Below are positions 57,349 to 64,000 of a stretch of DNA of 64,000 nt, in pieces. This DNA is from Klebsiella pneumoniae (lineage in GTDB: Bacteria; Myxococcota_A; UBA9042), in the NCBI GenBank assembly GCA_945889325.1, contig CAMDBH010000004.1, positions 14,166 through 78,165 on the forward strand, written 5' to 3'. Numbering within the stretch: position 1 is the first letter of the stretch; each line of letters opens with the position of its first letter. A program made the translations under genes and the position numbers. The notes below the pieces were generated by a model. That model saw only the letters and a list, made by a program, of their open reading frames with translations. It ran no database searches and was not told the origin of the DNA.

Positions 57349-58281
57349 TCAGGCGCGGACGAGCCCGCGCAAATAGAACTCGCCGGCGCGATAGCTCGAT
57401 CTAACAAGCGCGCCGCTAGCGCAATAGCGAAACCCCATATTTTCAGCCCTTTGCCGCCAGTGCTCAAACTCAACAGGCTCAGCGTAGCGCACAACGGCAT
57501 GGTGCCACGGCGACGGCCTAAGGTATTGCCCCAGCGTCACCGCATCAACCCCATGATCGCGCAGGGATTGCAGCGCATGCTCGATTTGCTCGGCCGTTTC
57601 ACCGCAGCCAAGCATAATCGACGATTTGGTAATCACCTGAGGGCGATGCGTCTTAGCGGCTTGCAACACCATCAAACTTTGAGAAAAATTGGCGCGACGA
57701 TCGCGCAGTTCGCCTTGCAGCGCCTCCACCGTCTCAATGTTGTGGGCAAACACGTCGGGCTCACCGTTGAGAACCGTATGAATTTGCTCCAATTTGCCTT
57801 GAAAATCGGGCGTCAGGACTTCAACGAGCGTGTGCGGACTGGCCGCTTTGACCGCCCGAATTGTGTCCGCAAAATGCGCCGACCCGCCGTCCGGTAAGTC
57901 GTCGCGGTTCACACTGGTGATAACGACGTAGTCCAAGCCCATTATCTGCACTTGTTCCGCGGCCTTGCGCGGTTCGTCGGCGTCCAACGGAGGCGGGTGC
58001 GGGTTGGAGCGCACGGCGCAAAAGCGGCACGCGCGCGTGCAGGTGTCGCCCATGAGCATCAGCGTGGCCGTGCCCGCGTTCCAGCACTCGCCGATGTTGG
58101 GGCATTGGGCTTCTTCGCAAACGGTGTGTAAACCTTTGGCGCGCAACTTGGTTTTGATTTCCGCGTAGCGCTCACCGCCCGGCAACGGCGCGCGCAGCCA
58201 CGCGGGCAAGCGCCGCGGCAGCGGTTCCGCGAGCCGCTCGCGTTGGCGCAAAAGCGCAGTTTTTTCAAGGGATATTCGCAA
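57349..58281 (-). CDS. lipA: Lipoyl synthase
   Basis: Auxiliary cluster motif CEEAQCPNIGEC, radical-SAM motif CTRACRFCAV, and C-terminal RSSY. Apparent TTG start. Confidence 0.95.
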   Translation of the reverse strand: MRISLEKTALLRQRERLAEPLPRRLPAWLRAPLPGGERYAEIKTKLRAKGLHTVCEEAQCPNIGECWNAGTATLMLMGDTCTRACRFCAVRSNPHPPPLDADEPRKAAEQVQIMGLDYVVITSVNRDDLPDGGSAHFADTIRAVKAASPHTLVEVLTPDFQGKLEQIHTVLNGEPDVFAHNIETVEALQGELRDRRANFSQSLMVLQAAKTHRPQVITKSSIMLGCGETAEQIEHALQSLRDHGVDAVTLGQYLRPSPWHHAVVRYAEPVEFEHWRQRAENMGFRYCASGALVRSSYRAGEFYLRGLVRA

Positions 58282-58311
58282 GTTGACGTCTTTTTCAGGG
58301 CCCGCAGATTT

Positions 58312-60072
58312 CTACGGCGCGCAGATGACGGCTTGGTTGTCGGCGTTCGGCGGCAAATTGACGATTTCACCTACGTCGTCCAACACCTTGTCGTTGTCTT
58401 CACCAGTCAAAATGCCCGTTTGCCCGCCGACAAACAGAGAGCCGCTCGGCAACGGCAAGGCCAACATGCCAAAATGCGGACCTTTGGCGTCGGCCCCCAA
58501 TTTTCCACTGCTGGCGACGGCGAACGTGACCGTGGCCGCATTGAGATCAGTTGGCATTTCAAGGATGACAAAACTGTCGAGGATGCATTCGGTTTCATTC
58601 TTGCAGATATCCGGCAGGGCCTTTAGTGCCAAAACCCCACCCGCTATGGCGACTTGGCCCGTTGGCAGCTTGACGGCCGCAGCGCCGAAACCAACGCGCA
58701 GCGTGCCCTGTGACAGGGCAATTGGTTTGCACACCGCAGTCAATTGCACCTTGTCGACGGTGACAACGTAACTTGGCGTATTGTCGGCAAATGCTGTGCT
58801 GTACAAGGCGCCACCGCCGACCAAGAAGCTCAAAGTGTCACCAGAACCACCGATAACCACTGCGATCGAGCCCACAGCGGTGAACCCCGGGTGGCCGATG
58901 ATCGTGTCGCCGCTGACAACGAGCGGCGTGCCCTTGGTGCCATCAGGACCAATGATTTCACCCATATCGGTGGCGTTCTTGCTGCCGCCCCAAACCACGA
59001 CACTGTCATCGGCAAAGGCCAAAAGTGCCGGTCGGGCTCTGGCGGCGCTCAAGGTCACATCGACTTTGGTGCCTTTGCCGCCGCCGGCGATGTCCTGCAA
59101 ACCACCAACCCGTGTCGCGGCCGCAACCGGGGCGCCAGAGGTATCAACGCCGCCGACAAAAAGAATATCGTTGTTGCGGTGGATGGAACTGCTTTGCGGC
59201 AGCGCGCCGACCACCACTTCGGCCGCCGACGCCTTGACCGAATTATCAGAAACATCAATAACTTCGGCTTTCAATTTGGGTACTGTCGTGTCGTTGTACG
59301 CATCTGGCGCCAGCAAAGGCGACGGTTGGGCCGCTAAAGTGCTGATGTAATCGATCTGCGTCAGCCCACCGACTACCAGTACTTGGGTTTCTGAAATCGC
59401 ATGAACGTGCGGCGCGATGCGCGGCGCCTGCAAATTGGGGCCCTTGCGAAATTGGCCCAGTCTATAATCGTAAATATCCACGGCCCCGGTCGCTGTGCCG
59501 ATGACTTTCTTACTCGACCATGCGCCCAGGCCGCCGACGATCACGACGTCGCCGCGAGGCAACACGGCGCCGCCGCTCAGACTTCGCGGCGCTGTCATCG
59601 TTGCGCTGCCGCCGCTGCCCGTGCAGGCCAATTTGCCCATCGGCGTCATAAACACGCGAGCCGTGGTTTCCTTTTGATCTTCCACGGCTAGGTCATTGGT
59701 TCTGCCGCCATAAATGACTTTTCCGGTCTTGTCGCAGCCGTACACCTCGATGTTCATCTTTTTGGTGACGGGCAGGGCCAGTACATTCCAAGTATTTGTG
59801 CCATCAACACTTTCCCGGGCAATCGTGGCGCGACCGCTCAGCGTCGAACCCGGCGCCGCTGCGTTGTCAGCTGTCCACTGCACGGTCAAACGCTCGACGT
59901 CTTTGGGCACGTTGCCGCTGCCGTTGGCGCTGGCCGAGCACTGCGCGCTAGTCAGTGCCGCGAATGTGAGCGCCAAACCGGTCGTCGGCCCCGCTGGCGC
60001 AGTTTGCGTGGCGCAGGCGGACAAGCCCAGCAAAGCACACACAATCCAAGTAGAAATCGCCAACCGCACCAT
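58312..60072 (-). CDS. Kelch-like beta-propeller lipoprotein
   Basis: Lipoprotein signal MVRLAISTWIVCALLGLSAC. About 8 recurring hydrophobic-GG blade signatures (VIYGGR, VIVGGL, LVVGGL, LFVGGV, VVWGGS, VVIGGS, AIAGGV, LFVGGQ). Confidence 0.6.
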   Translation of the reverse strand: MVRLAISTWIVCALLGLSACATQTAPAGPTTGLALTFAALTSAQCSASANGSGNVPKDVERLTVQWTADNAAAPGSTLSGRATIARESVDGTNTWNVLALPVTKKMNIEVYGCDKTGKVIYGGRTNDLAVEDQKETTARVFMTPMGKLACTGSGGSATMTAPRSLSGGAVLPRGDVVIVGGLGAWSSKKVIGTATGAVDIYDYRLGQFRKGPNLQAPRIAPHVHAISETQVLVVGGLTQIDYISTLAAQPSPLLAPDAYNDTTVPKLKAEVIDVSDNSVKASAAEVVVGALPQSSSIHRNNDILFVGGVDTSGAPVAAATRVGGLQDIAGGGKGTKVDVTLSAARARPALLAFADDSVVVWGGSKNATDMGEIIGPDGTKGTPLVVSGDTIIGHPGFTAVGSIAVVIGGSGDTLSFLVGGGALYSTAFADNTPSYVVTVDKVQLTAVCKPIALSQGTLRVGFGAAAVKLPTGQVAIAGGVLALKALPDICKNETECILDSFVILEMPTDLNAATVTFAVASSGKLGADAKGPHFGMLALPLPSGSLFVGGQTGILTGEDNDKVLDDVGEIVNLPPNADNQAVICAP

Positions 60073-60307
60073 GATCTTGATCCCCGCGCGACCAACCGCG
60101 CAAATTCACACGTCGCAAGACTTTTTACACCGCCGCGGCGTCTGAAGCAATGGCAACTTGTTTCCAAGTGCAATGTTTGGCTTTCTCAGCTGTTCATTGT
60201 GCGAGCGGCGCCAAAAGTTTTGCGCGCAATCGACAGTGGCGTCTAAAAATTCTGCTATACTCGCCGCGCGCTACCCGCGGCATCAGCGGCGTTCCGCGCG
60301 GAGATTC

Positions 60308-62152
60308 ATGGCGATTTGGCCGTTTCTTTTGATGTTCGTGCCGCTGGTGTTGTTCCATGAATTTGGACACTTCATCGTGGCGCGTTGGTGCGGCGTGCGC
60401 GTGCTGTCGTTTTCGATCGGCTTTGGCCCGACCTTGCTGAAATGGCAGCGCGGCCATACAGAATACGCTATTCGCCTGCTGCCGTTGGGCGGCTTTGTCA
60501 AAATGCTCGGCGACGATCCGAGCGCGCCACCCGAAGCTGAAATGTTGCGCAATCCCGACGCTTTTGCCGCAAAGGCCGTTTGGCAACGCGCGGCAATTGT
60601 GGCGGCTGGGCCGATCGCAAATTTCATTCTGCCGATGATCACTTTGGTTTTGGTCGGTTTGATTTTTCACGGTCAAGTGGTGCCCAGCCGCATTGGCGCT
60701 GTGCTGCCCGACGGTCCAGCGGAGTTGGCTGGGTTGCGCACCGGCGATTTGATCACGGCGGTGGACGGCACCCCGGTGCGGACGTTTGATGACATGCGCC
60801 GCGTCATCGAAGATCGCGCGGGCAAATCGACCCTGATCAACTTTGAGCGCATGGGCCAGCAGCAAAAATTGCAAGTTACGCCGGTTTCGCATCGGGAAGT
60901 CCTGATTCCGGAATTGGGCTTGGTGCGCAATGTCGGCAAAATCCAAATCGTGCCGCAGCCGGAAAGTTCAGCCATTGCGGTTGTTCCGGGCAGCGTTGCG
61001 TGGCGCGCGGGCCTGCGTAGCGGTGATCGCATCGCGGCGGTCGCAGGCGCTCCGACCACGCGCTATTACGAACTCGACGAAGCTTTGGGCAAGGCCGCAA
61101 AACTCGGCCTGCCGACTCTGAATCTTGCAGTTTTGACGCTGCGGCCGATCAAGGGTGATCAAAAATCGGAAAATGCGACCCGTCTGCACCCCGGTGCGGC
61201 CCGCGACGTGCAGATATCCCTACAAGGGGCTAAAACGACAGCAGAACTCGGCATTTCTGTCGCCCATCGCGTCGTCGGTGATGTGGAGCCGAAGTCGCCC
61301 GCTGATCTAGTTGGCCTCAAACCGGGCGACGAGATCACGGCGCTTGACGGCAAACCCCTGCGATCATTGCACCAAATGGCTGAGGCGCTGCTGCGACCCT
61401 ACGATGACGTGCGCAGCGATCCGGCAAACCGCGGCGAGTCAACTGAAGTCATCCTCGGCAAAATTCGAGCCGTGCTCAAACCGCACGCGATCACTGTGCG
61501 CCATTGCATGGTGGCGACGGAACTGCCGAACTTGCAGGCGATCGCGGCTGGCGGACAAAATCCAAAGTCCGACACAGAAAAAGCCTTTGCCGGACTGGCC
61601 GATCGGCAATTGGCTTTGGCTCAAGGATTTTTTGATCGCACTGCCCAATTTACCCTTCTGGTCGATTTGGGCAAAGACGAACGCCCGCGGCCGCAACACG
61701 GCCTGACGGCAGTGCTTGAGTACGAAGATGCCGCTTTGATCGCCAATCCGGATCTTGTGGGCAACGCGCTTGTCGATGCCAGCGAGAAAATGATTGAAAA
61801 TGTAAAGGTGATCGTTTTAAGTGTCGTTGGCCTGTTTCGCGGTCATGTGCCGGTCAAGGAAGTCGGCGGTCCGATCTTCATGGCCCAACTCGCGGCGCAG
61901 ACGGTGGATCGCGGCGTCGATTCAATGTTAAATTTATTAGCATTTCTGAGCATCAACCTCGGCGTCATCAATCTGTTGCCAATTCCATTGGTCGACGGTG
62001 GCCATCTGCTGTTTTTGGCCATTGAGGCGATCAAACGCCGTCCGGTCAGCCTGCGCACCCGCCAGGTGGCCGCGTATTTGGGTATGACTTTTCTTGGGTT
62101 ACTGTTTTTGGTCGTCATGAAAAACGATTTGACGCGCTGGTTTCGCGGTTGA
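60308..62152 (+). CDS. rseP: RIP metalloprotease RseP (site-2 protease, M50) with three PDZ-like segments
   Basis: Trimmed to ATG 60308 (MAIWPFLLMFVPLVLFHEFGHFIVAR, containing the HExxH motif). PDZ-like GLxxGD motifs occur three times. The C-terminal NLLPIPLVDGGHL motif is present. Confidence 0.9.
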   Translation: MAIWPFLLMFVPLVLFHEFGHFIVARWCGVRVLSFSIGFGPTLLKWQRGHTEYAIRLLPLGGFVKMLGDDPSAPPEAEMLRNPDAFAAKAVWQRAAIVAAGPIANFILPMITLVLVGLIFHGQVVPSRIGAVLPDGPAELAGLRTGDLITAVDGTPVRTFDDMRRVIEDRAGKSTLINFERMGQQQKLQVTPVSHREVLIPELGLVRNVGKIQIVPQPESSAIAVVPGSVAWRAGLRSGDRIAAVAGAPTTRYYELDEALGKAAKLGLPTLNLAVLTLRPIKGDQKSENATRLHPGAARDVQISLQGAKTTAELGISVAHRVVGDVEPKSPADLVGLKPGDEITALDGKPLRSLHQMAEALLRPYDDVRSDPANRGESTEVILGKIRAVLKPHAITVRHCMVATELPNLQAIAAGGQNPKSDTEKAFAGLADRQLALAQGFFDRTAQFTLLVDLGKDERPRPQHGLTAVLEYEDAALIANPDLVGNALVDASEKMIENVKVIVLSVVGLFRGHVPVKEVGGPIFMAQLAAQTVDRGVDSMLNLLAFLSINLGVINLLPIPLVDGGHLLFLAIEAIKRRPVSLRTRQVAAYLGMTFLGLLFLVVMKNDLTRWFRG

Positions 62153-62880
62153 TGAGGCTGCTAGCCATTTCAACGTCGGCAGCGCTGCAATCGGTTTGTC
62201 TGACCGATGATCACGGGGAACTGGCTTGTGATGAGCAACTCGTGGTGCGCAATGCCGCCCAGCGACCGAGTTTAATTCAACAAATTCGGAATGTTCTCGC
62301 GCATTGCACTTTGGAACTGCGCGATATCGATGCGTTTGCATGTGACGTGGGTCCTGGCAGTTTCACCAGCTTGCGCCAAGGCTTGGCCAGCCTGCGCGCG
62401 TTGGCGTGGACTCTGCAAATTCCTATTATTCCAGTCAGTTCCCTGACTTGCATGCTGGACCAAATGCGGCAGCGGGGCGCGATCGCGCCGTGTGCGGTGG
62501 CGATGCGCGCAAGACAGGGGGTGTATTTCGTCGGCGTTCGTACATTAACGCCTGAAATAACGGAGCAAATCGTCGCCGATGAAGAGGCCTCAACCTTTTT
62601 CGCAGGCCGAAATCTGGCTTGGCTTGGCGGCGCGTTGGCCGACGAAACGTCTGCCATCGGCCAACTGGCGCAGGCGTCTAATGCAGCAACACTGCGGGGT
62701 AAAATCGCAGACATCGCGCCGCACGCCCGCACGATTGCGGCGATCGCCCGCGCCCGTGGGCTGGCCGACGCCCTACCAGCGCTGCACCTGTTGCCGCGTT
62801 ACTTGGCAGCAAGTGAGGCAGAAGTTCGCGGCGGTTTTGCGCTCGATGATCAGTCAATCGCAGCAGAGTCGCGCTGTTAG
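62152..62880 (+). CDS. tsaB: tRNA threonylcarbamoyladenosine biosynthesis protein TsaB (YeaZ)
   Basis: Contains LAISTS...IDAFACDVGPGSFTSLRQGLASLRALAWTLQIPIIPVSSL. The ATG overlaps the rseP stop (TGATG); the track start TTG at 62149 is also possible. Confidence 0.85.
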   Translation: MRLLAISTSAALQSVCLTDDHGELACDEQLVVRNAAQRPSLIQQIRNVLAHCTLELRDIDAFACDVGPGSFTSLRQGLASLRALAWTLQIPIIPVSSLTCMLDQMRQRGAIAPCAVAMRARQGVYFVGVRTLTPEITEQIVADEEASTFFAGRNLAWLGGALADETSAIGQLAQASNAATLRGKIADIAPHARTIAAIARARGLADALPALHLLPRYLAASEAEVRGGFALDDQSIAAESRC

Positions 62881-63131
62881 GCGTAATAGCGGCCACATTT
62901 TGCCGCGCCTCGTCGCTTGCGCGCACAATCGCGGCGTGCTAGGCTAGCAAAGGCATTGCACAATACAGGGTTGCTGCATCTGCTCGCACCGCGCCGAGAA
63001 TTTGAACACGCCGAGATATTTTTGCAAAGCTGCAACTTTTGTGCAGTTGGCGGCAACTAAATGGTCAGGTGGCGGCGCTTTTCCGCGCCGCATGGCCCAC
63101 CGGCAAGGCAGCACCCGCTGGCGATGTGCCG

Positions 63132-63536
63132 ATGACCGCGAGCACCGAATTTGGCACTATCCAAGCGATAGATATCGAAATGACAGAGAAAAGCCCAGTT
63201 CAAACTGCCAATCAGGCCCCCGTGTCCAACGCGACTTTGCCGAGCGATGGCACCGGCGAGCGGTTTCGCTTGCATCCGCAGGCGGCGCACCGACTTGTCG
63301 GCGGTGAAGTCTTCATTGTGACCGGCGACCGGCGTTTTCATCGATTACAGTCGCGCACGGCCGTTGATTTATTTAACCAATTGGTAAAGGCCGCACAATC
63401 CGGCGCCGAGCAGACGCAACTAGTTGACCTCATTGTTGGGCGTTACGATGTAGCGGCGGCAGAGGCAGAAGCCGATGTCGCCCAATTTATCCGCGATCTC
63501 GTGCAGCGCGACATCGCAATCCGGTTTGACGTGTAA
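63132..63536 (+). CDS. PqqD-family (RiPP recognition element-like) small protein
   Basis: The C-terminal ~90 aa (FRLHPQAAHRLVGGEVFIVTGDRRFHRLQSRTAVDLFNQLVKAAQSGAEQTQLVDLIVGRYDVAAAEAEADVAQFIRDLVQRDIAI) follow the PqqD pattern: strand, strand, 'LN.ta..iw', 'y.v....a..dv..fl..L...gl'. The start is uncertain (TTG 63039, ATG 63132 or ATG 63180). Confidence 0.6.
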   Translation: MTASTEFGTIQAIDIEMTEKSPVQTANQAPVSNATLPSDGTGERFRLHPQAAHRLVGGEVFIVTGDRRFHRLQSRTAVDLFNQLVKAAQSGAEQTQLVDLIVGRYDVAAAEAEADVAQFIRDLVQRDIAIRFDV

Positions 63537-63545
63537 GGATGTCAC

Positions 63546-64000
63546 ATGGGTGTATTGAAAAAAGAAAGCATGAAAAACGTCAGTGTTGGTCAACAGGAGC
63601 CGGGCATGCGCAGTAGCGATGAAATTCAAGTCACATCCAATTGGAACAATCTCTTGCGCGCCATCGTCGTGTTTTGCGCGACCGTTGGCGCCGCCGTCAC
63701 GACCGGTTGCAACGATCAACCAGTCGATTTTCCGCCATGCATTAACGACACTTGTCCCGACGTAGGCGACAATGACACGACGGCTGACCTAAGTGGCGAC
63801 GCGACGGCGGCAACGCGAAGCCTAAATTTCTACGTCACGACTGCCGACGGCGACGTGCTCAAAGACAATGTAACAACAACCAAAATTGTCCAATCCGCCG
63901 ATATGTATCCGGGCGATGAGGGCGTGCAAGTCGACGTCGTTGTGCAAACCGTCAACGTGCCGGCCGGTTCAATGGTTGAGGTTTTGGTCAACAACAAGGT
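63546..64000 (+). CDS. Putative lipoprotein, N-terminal part (continues beyond window end)
   Basis: Absent from the ORF track because it has no stop in the window. My translation from ATG 63546 reads MGVLKKESMKNVSVGQQEPGMRSSDEIQVTSNWNNLLRAIVVFCATVGAAVTTGCNDQPVDFPPCINDTCPDVGDNDTTADLSGD..., with a lipobox-like VTTGC. Alternative ATGs are at 63570 and 63606. Confidence 0.5.
   Translation, partial: MGVLKKESMKNVSVGQQEPGMRSSDEIQVTSNWNNLLRAIVVFCATVGAAVTTGCNDQPVDFPPCINDTCPDVGDNDTTADLSGDATAATRSLNFYVTTADGDVLKDNVTTTKIVQSADMYPGDEGVQVDVVVQTVNVPAGSMVEVLVNNK

Noticed and set aside
60194-60946. 250-aa minus-strand ORF
   Set aside because: It is antisense to rseP.

Overview
This is a GC-rich, densely coding bacterial chromosomal segment with about 55 protein genes. 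I recognised no rRNA, tRNA, CRISPR array, transposase or integrase. The backbone is housekeeping: dnaK plus a CbpA-type J-protein, prs, argG, mreCD, thiD, a 7Fe ferredoxin, epmA, a MutT-type Nudix gene, lipA, rseP, tsaB, and an F1Fo ATP synthase operon (b', b, delta, alpha, gamma, beta, epsilon, without a or c). Accessory content is interspersed. It includes an FHA/poly-Pro/coiled-coil protein next to a PilZ protein, and a GldA/GldF/GldG-type ABC module with a DUF4340 protein and an extra LolD-type ATPase. There are also three Cys-rich lipoproteins, a 2x(ATPase+permease) ABC operon, a Kelch-like lipoprotein and a PqqD/RRE-like small protein. The most notable accessory element is a ~1800-aa Ser/Thr-kinase / AAA (STAND-like) / GAF / class III nucleotide-cyclase protein. 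It is followed 36 nt later by a carotenoid/apocarotenoid gene set: a CrtU-like oxidoreductase, an oversized RPE65-type oxygenase, crtY, crtI, and crtB interrupted by a +1 frameshift in a G6 run. The only long non-coding stretch lies between atpC and lipA (55.83-57.35 kb). It is packed with several families of tandem and inverted GC-rich repeats and hairpins, plus decayed PIN (VapC-like) fragments. The gene content suggests a Myxococcota/'deltaproteobacterial'-type genome, but this is inference only. All calls come from reading the supplied ORF translations and inspecting the sequence by hand; no database search or computation was run. Many track ORFs are antisense or N-terminally over-extended artefacts of the high GC content and were trimmed or rejected.
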